From contig OX597825.1 in assembly GCA_951406725.2 (NCBI GenBank), forward strand, positions 10,044,001 to 10,108,000: 64,000 bases of DNA. Direction: 5' to 3'. The DNA is from Octopus vulgaris (Eukaryota). Each line of letters opens with the position of its first letter. The stretch's first letter is position 1. The notes under the pieces were generated by a model, which worked only from the letters and a program-made list of their open reading frames with translations, was not told the origin of the DNA and made no database searches. The position numbers were made by a program, and so were the translations under genes. This document shows, piece after piece, positions 50,653 through 63,873 of this stretch.

Positions 50653-52610
50653 TATGCCATATATATTCACACTCATAAATTTAGATACTCTTGTTCATCT
50701 ACTGGAGTTATGAGGATCATCTGGTAATCCTTAACCTTTAGACATTCAGATTATTCTGTCAAATGCCATGCTTATTTAATCACATTGTTTTGAATTAATC
50801 CTGTATTATCTCATAGTTTCAAAATTTCAGTGATGTGATTGTTTAGTTTTAAAGTGACATTGTTGTGTAGGTGTGAGAGGCAAATATGTAATTGACAAGT
50901 CCTCTCTCCTAAAATTGCTGGCCTTGTGCCAAAATCAGAAATATTTTTACTCATACACATACATCCTCACACTTCCTCACATATACATACTAATATACAT
51001 TGGTTGATAATCACACTTCTGACTATAGGTAGATATTTGTTAAGCAGTGCAGTGCAAAACAGAACCTTTCTCTAACTGAAATGAGTTGAAGGTTCGTTAA
51101 TACTACTCATGTTTACTTTGTACAATGTGTTGGTAGAATTACTTAAGCAAGACTGTGGCATGTGTGGATTTATGATTGTGCCAAGTCCATTGGAAAGTGT
51201 GAGTCCAGTACATCAGGCGAATAAGAAATGGCAAGAACCATTTTATGGAAGCTAGGTCATTGCTCATCATTATGCTGCTGGTTAACATATTTGTTAATCA
51301 TGCATGTACCTTCATAAATTCTTCAAAGTAAAAGTATTTTTATTTATATAAGTCTGTGTTACATTGTCTATGTGTTGGAAGACACACACGCAAACAAACA
51401 AAAAAATGTGTTGAAAAACACATGCAAAAAAAATGTGTTGAAAGACACACTCACACACACACCCAAAAATATCTATATTTATTATATATACATACAGTCT
51501 TTTTTTTTTAAGTCTGTGTTGTGTTGTGTTGACAGACTTGCACTTAAAATTCCCTGGTTTTAATCAAAACTTGTTAGTTACTAAGGTGACAACACTACTT
51601 ATTTGTCTATCTTTCACAAGCTCTCTCTCTCTCTTTCTCCCCCATTATATTTTCTCACAACAACTTTTTCCTCCCCTTCTTCCTTCTCTCTACTCAGATG
51701 TTGTTACAGACAGACAGAGATCAGCTTCTCTATTATAATATAAGATTGTGAACATGGCTGTAAAGTTAAAAAATAATGAAGAATTATATATTCTTCTTAC
51801 TATGTTTTGTGTCCTGTGTAAGGTACACAACTCTTATTCTTTTTTTTCCTTCACAGATTTTGATTGCATAAAAACCCCATTTTATTAACAATATATTTTT
51901 ACAGGAAGAAACAAACGAAAAGAAAAGATTAAATTAATCAATTAATACAGTGTTTCTAACTTTATTAGAGCTAACTCTTTACCATTCACATCAACCTGGG
52001 TCTATAAAATAAGCTGTCAGTTGTGAAATGATCAAACAAAGTTTATAGTGGCTGATAGCAATGAAATACACCGAAGTACAAAAGGGTGATTAAACCTATA
52101 TATATTAATCAATCTATATTAATCAGTGATCCGACTTGATTGATTTTTTTTTAAGTCAGAAATTCTCTTTTTTTTTTTTTGATTTATTTATTTCGAATCT
52201 ATTATCAACATATTTTTACAGGAAGAAAAGAAAGAAAAAAATCACCGAAATAATAAAAAATTAAATTAACAAGGAATAAAAACCCTATAACTACCTCACC
52301 AAGGAAACGAAGAAAATAATTTTAAAAATGGGGTGGAATTAAGTAGCGGAAGAGGTGGATGGAGGGAATAATGGCATATTCAGTTGCTCCTTGCAGACAT
52401 GAATGCAAAAGTGTTGCTACAGAGAACAACCAGAGAAACTCACTGCATCAGCTACCTAACCTCATGGGGCCCATTTCTCAGATGGGCCACTGTTTAATAT
52501 TTTATTCTGTTGACCAATTCGACTTCTATCAATAAATTTATCTTCCAGTTTATTGATATTCCTTCATTGGTTTTATTTTTTATTTTATATTTTTTTTATT
52601 TTTCTCTCAG

Positions 52611-52648
52611 GTACCTGGGTAACATTTGGTGCACAAGTTACAGACGAA
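52611..52648 (+). CDS. KCNAB: Kv channel beta subunit 38-nt exon (GTWVTFGAQVTDE)
   Basis: Long pyrimidine tract ...tttctctcag| and GAA|gtaagt. The peptide matches GTWVTFGGQI(S/T)DE. Phase 1-0, in frame with the previous exon. Confidence 0.93.
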
Positions 52649-53580
52649 GTAAGTTTTCTTGTTTTTCACCTTCTCCATTTTCGTTTTCCCTTTTCCTCAT
52701 CTTCTTCATCTTATTTTTAGACAATACACACACAAATACACACACAAAAATACACACACACAAATACACACACACAAATGCACACACACAAATACACACA
52801 CACAAATGCACACACACAAATGCACACACACAAATACACACACACAAATACATACACACAAATACACACACACAAATACGCACACACAAATGCACACACA
52901 CAAATGCACACACACAAATACACACACACAAATACACACACACATACACACACACATACACACACTCACACACACAGACACATACACACATATGAGCACA
53001 ATCTTTCACATACGGGCATGCACTCTAACACATATGCATGCTCTCTCTCACACACACACATGCACTTACACATACATGCACACTCTCACACACACACATG
53101 AATATTGCACACTCTACATACATGCACACACATTCACACATGCACAATCACATACACACACACTGTCACACATATATTCATACTCTCACACACATGCACA
53201 CACACATATGCATACACACATATGCACACACACATATGCATACACACATATGCACACACACATGCATACATGCACACTTTCTCACACACATGCACATACA
53301 CTCATACACACACAAGCACACTTTCACAAACGCATGCATACACACTATTACACACTCACATACACATGCACTCACAACTCTCACTCTCTCTCTCACTTAC
53401 ACACACACACCCACACACAGTCACACATATACACATACTCTCTCTCACACACACACACACATGCACACACACACACACACACACATACACATTCATTAGA
53501 AGCTCTACCTTTACTCTGGTGCTATTCTTAATTTTCTATTCCCGTCGCTTATTTGAAGGTGATTTGAAAAATAGCCTATT

Positions 53581-53784
53581 GTGGTGGTGGTGGTGGTGGT
53601 GGTGGTGGTGGTGGTGGTGGTGGTGGTGGTGGTGGTGGTGGTGGTGGTATTGGTGGTGGTTTTGGTGGTGGTATTGGTGGTGGTGGTGGTGGTGGTGGTG
53701 CATATTATGTTGATGGTTTTGGTTGCAGCATTGATAGTGATAGAGGTGAAGTCAGTAATGATGGTGGCAACAAAGGTGTATTGT

Positions 53785-53821
<37 letters not shown>

Positions 53822-53835
53822 GGTGGTGGTGGTTG
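53581..53835. repeat. (GGT)n/(TAG)n trinucleotide tracts (similar triplet fields at 22825-23290, 45030-45425)
   Basis: Direct inspection. Confidence 0.95.
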
Positions 53836-53989
53836 TGTTTGTGGGGGGTGTTTTTTTTTTTTTGCTTTTGTATAGCCTCAGGAACAAACCAATAATGAAA
53901 GGCATTCCATCTCTTCCTCAGATACAGTCGTATTTTAGGGTTCCATTATGCAATTTGTCCGTTCTTCAAAAACGGAAAGGTATAATTAG

Positions 53990-54450
53990 ACACGTAGCTG
54001 GGAGTTATTGCCTCTGAGTTGTCAGCAAAAGTCTTTTTTTTTCTTCCGGCAAAGATCTGACACTTTGATACTTGTATAAGAAATGCCGAGCTGTGCAGTA
54101 AGGAGACAAAGCAAGGAATGGGAAGAATATGGGAAAGATGGAAAGAAATGAGGCCTTTGTGCTCTTGCTGGATGCATAGGGTCAGCATTAGAGGGAACAC
54201 GAGACGTCTGAAAGTTTAAACTGGACAGCAGAGATATTGATTGTAGTGTGGAAGAGAGAGTGTTGTAGTGGTATGGATATGCAATGTATATGAGGAATGA
54301 TAAATAGATTGTAGTGGGGAGGGAGGTCGGAGTGTGGAACGATGCAGGTAAGAGGAGTCTGTGAAAGAGGAAGAGTGAAAGACCGAAAGAGATGTGGACA
54401 GTAGTGAGAAATGGACACAGAATGCTGAAGCTTACTTGGGGGATGAGGGA
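53990..54450 (+). mobile_element. Decayed RTE-clade LINE C-terminal fragment
   Basis: EERVL*WYGYAM (cf. RRLRWYGHV) and VRGVCERGR..RPKEMW (cf. RGRPRKTW). Confidence 0.55.
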
Positions 54451-54600
54451 GGACTAAAACAGGTTGGGGGCCTCTGCGTTGGAATTGAACTGTTTAACCC
54501 TTACCAACATGGTAAGTGGTGATGGCTTTGGTGACAGCAGTGGTGGTGATGGTAGTAGTGGTGTTGCTGTTATTGGTGGTGATGGTTTTGTTGTTGGTGG

Positions 54601-54909
54601 TTGCTGTTGCTGTTGAGCGAACGGTCTTCGTCCCAGAGCTCGCAAGATGGGAGAAGTCTGAAACGTGGTCCTTTGCTATTCGTAAGACCCGCAGAAGAGA
54701 AAGCAGGTCAAACCCCGACACCGAGAGCATCGACGGATGGATGAATGCGCATCCAGGCTCAGCTGTTGCATAGGAAGTCGGGGACAAGAAACAGGAAGAA
54801 AGAGTGAGAGAAAGTTGGGGCAAAAGAGTACCACCCCCTGCCAGAGCCTCGTGGAGGTTTAAGTGTTTTCGCTCAATAAACACACACAATGCCCGGTCTG
54901 GGAATCGAA
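54601..54909 (-). mobile_element. SINE family F tail type 2, 5'-truncated
   Basis: Reverse complement of 21308-21637. Confidence 0.85.
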
Positions 54910-55197
54910 GTTGTTGGTAGTGGTGATGGTCGTGACCAACACAGTCATTGTCATGGTAATGGAGGTGGTAGTAGTAGTGTTGATGGAGTGTATTGGTGGT
55001 GATGTGTGCTTGTACTACTAATCATTTATTTTCTTGGAATATGGGTAGAAATTTATAAGGGAGAACATGTAGCAGATTAGATTTAAACTAATTCTCATTT
55101 TTTTTTGGTCCAGTACAGATGGAAGGTCAAAGTACATCCCATTAGAATTGAAACTTAAATTCTAGAATTTAACTGGAGAAACCATGTATCCCTCTTC

Positions 55198-55372
55198 TAG
55201 GGAGAGTTTACGAAAAAAACAAAAGATGAAGACAGGTGGTGTACAAAACAAACAGATGTATTAGTATAACGCTCAGGAATAGAAAAAGTATTTTACGTTT
55301 CGAGCCTACGCTCTTCTACAGAAAGGGACACAGAAAAAACAAGGAGAGAAAAAAAAATGTGTGTAGTGGCTA
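55198..55372 (-). mobile_element. Repeat family I
   Basis: Matches 12090-12262. Hammerhead-like motif at 55290-55325. Confidence 0.7.
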
Positions 55373-56529
55373 GGACACCAATTTCTGCCTCTTTATCTTA
55401 CTTTCATCTCTTGTCACCCAGTACAAAGTCACCTTTCCTCAAAATTACTTGCACCTCAGTTGGGGTGAGTGGTCTTGTCTTGCAAGTTACTTGGTCACCC
55501 CGTTAGTGCCAGTGCCATATAAAAAGTACCCATTGTACTCTGTAAAGTGGTTGGCATTTTGGAAGGGCATTCGGTCATAGAAACCATATCGAAGTAGACA
55601 TCAGAGCCTGGCACATTCCTCTAGTCTGCCAGGTCCTGCTGAGCCATCCAGTTCATGCTGGCGTAAGAAAACTGATGTTAAATGGTGATGACGTGATGGT
55701 GATAAAACTATAAAAGTCTGGAAACATTGACAGGATAATGGATTTAGGAATGCCATGGTTTCAAACTAAACACAAAGGATTAATAAAGAAATATGGAGAA
55801 TCTTAAAATAAATGATTGAACACACACACATGGTTATGGTTTTCACACACACACACATTACACATAACACATACACATTACAATCACACACACACATTAT
55901 ACTCGCACATACACACACACAATCACACACACATATGCACACATACACACTCATACTAACAAAGAGTGACACATACACTGCTAAAACATGCCAATGGGGA
56001 AGCCTGTAGGCAGTTGCTCAAAGTGCTAGAAATAACAAACAAATTCTTGAAAATCATAATCCTATCATCTTCAGTATTTTTTGTTATTTACAGGTTTCAG
56101 TCATTAGACTGTGACCATGCTGGGGCATAATGTAGTCATATTTGATTATAAATCAACTTAATTGGAGCTGACTAATGACTAAACAACAATAAAACTAATA
56201 ATACAAGCAGAATGTAACACATTTATACTAACTATAGACTGATGTGGGGACACCCACATGCACATACACACACATGCGCATGCACATGCATACATACATA
56301 CACACACATATGCACACAAACACACATACACAGTGTTCATGCACACATATATACATGCACACACACACATGCACACATACACACACATACACACATACAC
56401 ACACATGCATGCACACACACATACACACACACACATGCATGCACTCATACACACACGTTCGTGCACACACACACACACACATGTACACTACAACCAGCAT
56501 AGGCCATCATATATCGACAAATCAAAATT

Positions 56530-57293
56530 GCTGACATGGCCGATGACAGTACTGCCTGATTGGCACTTGTGCCAGTGGAACATTAAAAGCACATTAGAGC
56601 ATGATCATTGCCAGGGCCACAGATTGGCTCCCATGCCAGTGGCACATGAAAAGCACCATTCGAGCATGATCATTGCCAGTGTCACCTTACTGGCACATGT
56701 GCCAGTGGCATGTGAAGAACAACATTCGAGCATGGTCATTGTCAGTGCCGCCGGACTGGCTCCCGTGCAGGTAGCATGTAAAAAAAAAAACACCTTTAGA
56801 GCGTGGTCATTGCCAGAACCACCTGACTGGCCCTCATGCCAGAGGCACGTAAAAGCACTCACTACACTCTCAGAGTGGTTGGCGTTAGGAAGGGCATCCA
56901 GCCGTAGAAATTTTGCCAGATCAGATTGGGGCCTGGTGCAGCCTCTGGCTCACCAGTCCTCAGTCAAACTGTCCAACCCATGCCAACATAGAAAGCGGAC
57001 GTTAAACGACAATGATGATGATGATGATGATGACATACAAATTAATGCTAACATACAGGCATACATCATCATTTAACATCCGTTTTCCATGCTGGCATGG
57101 GTTAGACTGTTTGATAGGAGCTGGCAAGACTGGAGTGCTGCACCAGGCTCCAGTTGTCTGTTTTGGTATGGTTCCTACAGCTGGATACCCTTCCTAACAC
57201 CAACCAGAGTGCACTGGGTGCTTTTTACATGACACCAGCACAGGTACTTTGCACATGACACCAGCACAGGTGCTTTTTACGTGGTACCAGCAT
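56530..57293. mobile_element. Tail-to-tail pair of family C (+ 56530-57033, - 57065-57293)
   Basis: The + copy has about five ~66-bp 5' units. The (GAT)n and (CAT)n tails are ~30 bp apart. Confidence 0.8.
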
Positions 57294-57586
57294 GTGCATA
57301 TTAATATACATATGTTAATTACTGCACACATACGCACACACATACACACTCACATAACCATTCTTGCTGTCACACATACATTACTATTAGAATATACACG
57401 TATACACACATGATTGCAACTGCTGGTACACACATTCACTGGGTGGTGTTAAGAAGGGCATCCAGCTGTAAAAATCCTTCCAAAACAGTCACAGAAGTCT
57501 GGTGCAGGCTTCTGCTTGGCTGGCTCCTGTCAAACTGTCCCACCCATACCAGCGTGGAAGGTGGCTGTTAAACGATGATGATAATG

Positions 57587-57618
<32 letters not shown>

Positions 57619-57641
57619 TGACTGACAGATAGATAGACAGA

Positions 57642-58088
57642 TACAAAAATTCTATAATTATGAGCATAATCATAATTAGGGTTCAGTAAAAAATTTGCTT
57701 CACCACATACCGAAATTTAGAAATAGCAGTTAAACTACTATTTTACTACTATAAGATGTCTCCCAGACAGCAATACTCAACAACTCACGCAGGTAAACAG
57801 AAAAAAATAACGAATCCACCCAGCTCTGATTAACTGTATATGTATTTCGGGGTTACACAGATGTACGTCTCTTTAACCCCGAAACACATATACAGTTAAT
57901 CAGAGCTGGGTGGATTCGTTATTTTTTTCCTGTTTACCTGCGTGGGTTGTTGAGTATTGCTGTCTGGGAGATATCTTATGGTAGTACATTAGTAGTTTTT
58001 AACTGCTATTTCTAAATTTCGGTATGTGGTGAAGCAAATTTTGCTGAACCCTAATTATAATCATGCTCATAATTATAGAATTTTTGTA
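57642..58088. repeat. 447-bp near-perfect palindrome (axis 57864/57865)
   Basis: The arms are reverse complements with scattered mismatches and small indels, and the centre is itself palindromic. The right arm continues into sequence resembling 12525-12590 (-). Confidence 0.95.
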
Positions 58089-58183
58089 CAAGTTTACCAA
58101 TAATGGTTCTTTTAACATACCAAACTACTTGGTAAAATTATTAATTATTAATTGATTAATTAATTTTACCCTTTATTATTATT

Positions 58184-58263
<80 letters not shown>

Positions 58264-58651
58264 GTAGGTAGATATTAACACATACATACAACTACAGTCA
58301 CAGAGTGTTGAAGCATACTGGTACCATCTAAAAAGTGGTCAGTCTACTCTGTGAAATGGTTAGCATTAAGAAGGGCATCTAGTCATTGAAACCATGTCAA
58401 AGCAGACCATAGGAGCCTGGTGCAGCCCTCTGACTTGGCAGCTCCAGTCAAACCTTTCAACCCATGCCAGCATGGAAAACAGACATTAAAATGATGATGA
58501 TGATGATGATGATGGTGATATAGACACATTCACACACACATAAAAACTATATGCACTAAAATATGTACATCAACGGTGTTACATGCACATATACACACAT
58601 GATTATAACTGCTGGTACACACTTTCAGCAATTAATATTTGCACTCTAAAA

Positions 58652-59105
58652 AGGTAGCAAGCTAGCAGAAACATTAGCATTCCAGGTTAAATGCTTAATG
58701 TTATTTCGTCTGTCTTAATGTTCTGAGTTCAAATTCCGCCAAGGTCGACTTTGCCTTTCATCCCTGCAGAGTCAATAAATTAAGTACCAGTTGTGTACAG
58801 GGGTGGATCTAATTGACTGCCCCCCCCCCCACCAACTCACCCAAAATTTCGGGCCTTGTAACTACACTAGAAAAGAATATATTTATTTTTTAAGGTGGCA
58901 AGCTGGCAGAATCGTCAGCACGCCGGGTGAAATGCTTAGCAGTATTTCGTCTGTCTTTATGTTCTGAGTTCAAATTCCGCCATGGTCGACTTTGCCTTTC
59001 ATCCTTTTGGGATCAATAAATTAAGTAGCAGTTGTGTACTAGGGTCAATCTAATCGACTGGACCCCGTCCCAAAATTTTAGGGCCTTATGCCTAGAGTAA
59101 GAAAG
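58652..59105 (+). mobile_element. Head-to-tail dimer of short SINE B units
   Basis: Units 58652-58878 and 58892-59105. One TSD aatatttKcactctaaaa (17/18) at 58634-58651 and 59106-59123. Confidence 0.85.
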
Positions 59106-59448
59106 AATATTTTCACTCTAAAACATACACTTATGTACAACCACTCTTGTTGATGTATATTTATACATACTGTTGTTCAAAAACATATACACACATGAAA
59201 TATGCATATCAATGAAGAACAGCATAAACACACACACACACAACTATGTCTATATACTGACACAAATGCATACGTATAACCTCAGGTAAAAACAGAACAG
59301 TGATGTATATACACTAACACACATATGCTACCACAATCACAAACAGAACAATATTGAAAAATACACACACACACACAGAGTCACACACACACATACACAC
59401 ACACAGTCACATATACTGACAAATGCCAAATAACAGTTTTATGTGCAA

Positions 59449-59479
<31 letters not shown>

Positions 59480-60395
59480 TCAAATGCACAACTTACACAG
59501 GTATACTTTTACTAGCAATACACACACACAACACATACAACACACACACTCACACACACACACTCACACACGCTCACACACTCATATATTTAACAACTTG
59601 ACATTCAATGAGATTTAAATTATTAACATTGACAGACTTCATTAATAATAATCTCTTAATTAGGAAAGAGAACAAAGAGAAGATGGTTGTTAATCTTTAA
59701 AAAACACAAATGCAGCTAACAGTTGCTAAACGGTGATGACAACTGGCAAATTTGTTCAGCAGCAAAACAGATTCGGCTGTTAGGAAAGGAAGAAACAACT
59801 AGTCTGTCAGCAGACAAGCACTCAACTTGATCAATCTGCTCAACATAGTAGCTAAATCTACCTCAGTACAGGAGGTAATGTGGGAGGGAGTCTCAGGGAG
59901 CCTCTACTTTGTCACTGGACCTTCTAAAAATAGTGACTAAATCTCGTTTGAATCATACTGTACTGTCTTAAAGAAATGGCACCTCGGATAATGTGGTCCC
60001 AGAAATATTATTATATCTGAAATATAAATGGGATAGTCATGTCTGGATTGTCTTTTATCTGAGATTTTCTGTGTGCCAGAGTCCATCTGTGTCTAAATAA
60101 ATTCATCAAATCCAGTGAAATCTCTTATGTCTCACTTATACACATACTGACACCCACCCACCCACATAAGGAGCCTCAGGGTGCCTCTCTGAGATTCTCA
60201 AACTTTTTGTGCCACTGCCCCCTACCCATGGCCTCATAATACCCTCAGCACCCCTACACCTATTTTTATGTATAAATAAGCATTTTATATTTTACAAACA
60301 TATATAAACAAGTTGTGATATACGAATCCACATGCTAATACATGAATAAACGATGAGTCATTTGATATTAATATAATATTATATAATTTGTATAC

Positions 60396-60964
60396 AGTAG
60401 GAGTAGCTGTGTGGTAAGTAGCCTGCTTACGAACTACATGGTTCTGGGTTCAGTCCCACTGCGTGGCACCTTGGGCAAGTGTCTTCTACTATTGCCTTGG
60501 GCCAACCAAAGCTTTGTGAGTGGATTTGGTAGATGGAAACTGAAAGAAGCACATTATATATATATATATATATATATATAACGGTAAGCTTTATGAAAAT
60601 AGACAAAAGACGAAGGCAGGTTTACGGAAATAAACAAAAGACGAAGGCAGGTGGAATACAAACAAACAATTGTATTAGTATGGCGCTCAGGAAATATAAA
60701 TGAAACAAGTCTTTAACGTTTCGAGCCTACGCTCTTCAACAGAAAGATACACAGAGAAAAAAACACAGAAAGAAGGAGAGAAAAAAATATGCGTGCAAAA
60801 GCTAGCGAATCAACATGGCGATCTGATTTCGGCCAGAAGTCAAAGATCAATCATGAGACGCAAGAGCGAAATTAGGGGAGATAATAGGGTTGAATGACCC
60901 CCGCTCATGTAAATATATATGTGTATGTGTGTATATATGTTTGTGTGTTTGTCTCCCCAACATC
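60396..60964 (+). mobile_element. SINE A with family I (60581-60908) inserted in its central TA tract
   Basis: A 5' half runs to ~60551 and resumes at ~60920 (tgtttgtgtgtttgtctccccaacatc). Hammerhead-like motif at 60710-60747 (-). Confidence 0.75.
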
Positions 60965-61165
60965 TAGTTCAACCCATATCCTAATGTTATTTACATGCCA
61001 AATTACTCAAAAATATTTTGACACATTCGTCACGCACCTGAATACAAAAATGAGATCAAAGTAAATCACTTTTGCACCTGTTTATATCATCGTATTTACC
61101 TGTATACAAGACGTGCTCCATGTTTTTGTGAATAAAATCAAGTATAAAACGGTGCAACTTATACA

Positions 61166-61320
61166 TAGGTGTGGCTGTGTGGTAAGACGCTTGCTTCTCA
61201 ACCACGTGGTTCTGGGTTCAGTCCCACTGTGTGGAACCTTGGGCAAGTGTCTTCTATTATAGCTTCGGGCCAACCAAAGCCTTGTGAGTGGATTTGGTAG
61301 ACGAAAACTGAAAGAAGCCC
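61166..61320 (+). mobile_element. SINE A 5' half
   Basis: Matches the A head to gaaagaagccc. Confidence 0.85.
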
Positions 61321-61399
61321 AACACACACACACATATATACAGTTATTACTACATCAATTATTACTAGGCCTAAACATCTGTTTCACAGGAGAAAAATT

Positions 61400-61716
61400 T
61401 TTGCCAGGATCAGATGGTTTGCTGTGTTCTTAAGACATGTACTGAGAGTGATAAAAATCAAACATCCAGTCACCATCATGGTGTTTGGAATGATCACTAG
61501 TGATGGCAACATTATACCTCCATTCATATTCCCACATGGCCTCAAACACAGCATGGAGGAGGCCTACATCAAGTGCCTGGATGAAGTTGTGCTGCCCTGG
61601 GTGAAGAGAGTGGCTGCTGGAAAATCCTATGTCTGCCAACAGCACTCTGTACCATGCCACACAAGCTGGAGAACCCAGTCATGGCTGTCAAGCAATTTCT
61701 GAACCACATCACCCCT
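61400..61716 (+). pseudogene. Tc1/mariner-superfamily (maT/mori-like) transposase fragment
   Basis: KHPVTIMVFGMITSDGNIIPPFIFPHGL...YIKCLDEVVLPWV...YVCQQHSVPCHTS (decayed QQDSAPxH). Confidence 0.75.
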
Positions 61717-61970
61717 GCAAGACCTGATTCATCTCTTATCCATTTTTTGATCACCTATGAAGAATTCATCACTAAGCAATCACACAGAAACTATCTGAAG
61801 AGTAGACTGACTGCAGTGTACACTGTTTAGCAGGCTGCATCCTGCATAACCATATATAGAATGCCATCAGCAGGTATTGCATCATGCTAAACAAAAGCGA
61901 AGTTTGAGATATACATCATGTATTGGATGATATGTGTATATGTATTTCTCTCTCTCTCTCTCTCTCTCTT

Positions 61971-62015
<45 letters not shown>

Positions 62016-62125
62016 ATATATATATATCTAACTATCTATCTATCTATCTATCTATCTAATTATCTATATATCTATCTAACTAACTATCTATCTATCTATC
62101 TCTTTTCTATCTCTCTATCTCTCTA

Positions 62126-62181
<56 letters not shown>

Positions 62182-63873
62182 TACTCAGTGAATGCTTGTT
62201 TAACTTTGTGCTCTAGTCCAACTGAGTGGAGCAATGTTACTAAAATAAAATCTAGACAAAATAGACTAGCAACAACAATAACACTAGTTATATACTTAGC
62301 ACCATTAATTATGGTAACAACAGACCCAGCAGTACCACCACCGCCACCACCACCACCACCAGTCACCACCATCACCACTACCTCCACCACTGTCATTACC
62401 AGCAGCCAAATTACTTAGTGTTATCTTTATGTAGAGAGTTAGGTAACCTGACACAAATAGGATGTAAGCATTTTTCATTAACAACGCTTATCTTAGGTTA
62501 AAGCCAGTACGACAACAGCAGAGTGTGGATGTAGTTCTCTCTGTTGTAGACAATTCTTTGACACTGTATAATTGTGGTGTGTTTCATTAGTGTGTTTTGG
62601 TGGGCGAGATCAAAGATAGAAATAAATAATGCACAGACAAGAAGGAAGATGTCGAAACTGAAGAAACAATGCTAAAAGTAATGACAACAGCAAAAGTCTA
62701 ACCATTCATTCTTACCATTCCATGCCAGTAATTCAAAGTAGAAGTAAAATGAATAAGAAAAGAACTAACGGAATGCCAACCATTCTTTTAATCTAAAATT
62801 TATGTTCTGAGATGTAGTTTGTTGGTATGTGTGACAAAGACACCATATTGTGATGAAAGGTTTATTGTTTTGTGGTGAGTGAAATCTCATGGGTGTTTGT
62901 GAGTGAGGGGCTGGGGTCTAAATGGGAACCTTACTCGGCGTTGTGCTTTTGTAGCATGAAGCAAAGCAGGCCTTGCCATCCACTCAAGGAAACACAGAGT
63001 AAATGCGTGTGTCTTATTTCTTTATTACCCACAAGGGGCTAAACATAGAGGACAGTGTCTGTGTGCATGTGTGTGTGTGTGTGTGTTTGTGTGTACCCAC
63101 ACAGACACACACACAGAACAGAGTAGGATTTATGGCCTTGGTAATTTGCATAATTAGAACAAAAATCAGCTAACCAATGAGCTATGTTCTTCAGATACAT
63201 GCCATGAGTGAAGCAAAATAGCTCAAAATGGACAGTGGCATATATCTGTAGAACATAATGCAAATTACCCGTGATGGTGTGAAGGTGACACAATCCTCCC
63301 AGTGGGCAGTTCATGGGAGTTCAACAGTTACAGATTGAAGTGTGTAGTGGGGTTGTGTTGGTGTGTTGGTGTGTGTTTGCATCTGTTGTTGCATGCAATG
63401 TTTGCAGTGATATTTACCTAAACATGAATAGCTAATTTTGACATTATGGGGATTAAAAGATTTATACCTATGGGTTCTTGAGAAATACTTTCTAATTAGT
63501 GTCAGGAAACTTGAGCTCTATAAGAAAAAACTTCTAGGTCTAATGCAATAATAAACCAGTTTATTTTCTCTTTCTAATTCTCTTTGGGTTTGGTGGGTAG
63601 GGATAGGGTGAGTCCTCCAGATACACCACCTCATCAGTGAAGCCACCCTCACCCATGCCTCATTACTGCAGGGCGTGGCCTTGCTGAATATCTCCTAAGT
63701 AATGTGGAGCTGAGTCAAATTTGTTATTAGCTATACATGCATAAATACATACATATACATATATACACACACACACACTTATATACATACACACACATAT
63801 ATATGTAGACACACATATATATACAGACACACACACACATATATATATATATCTATACATATATGTGTGTGCA

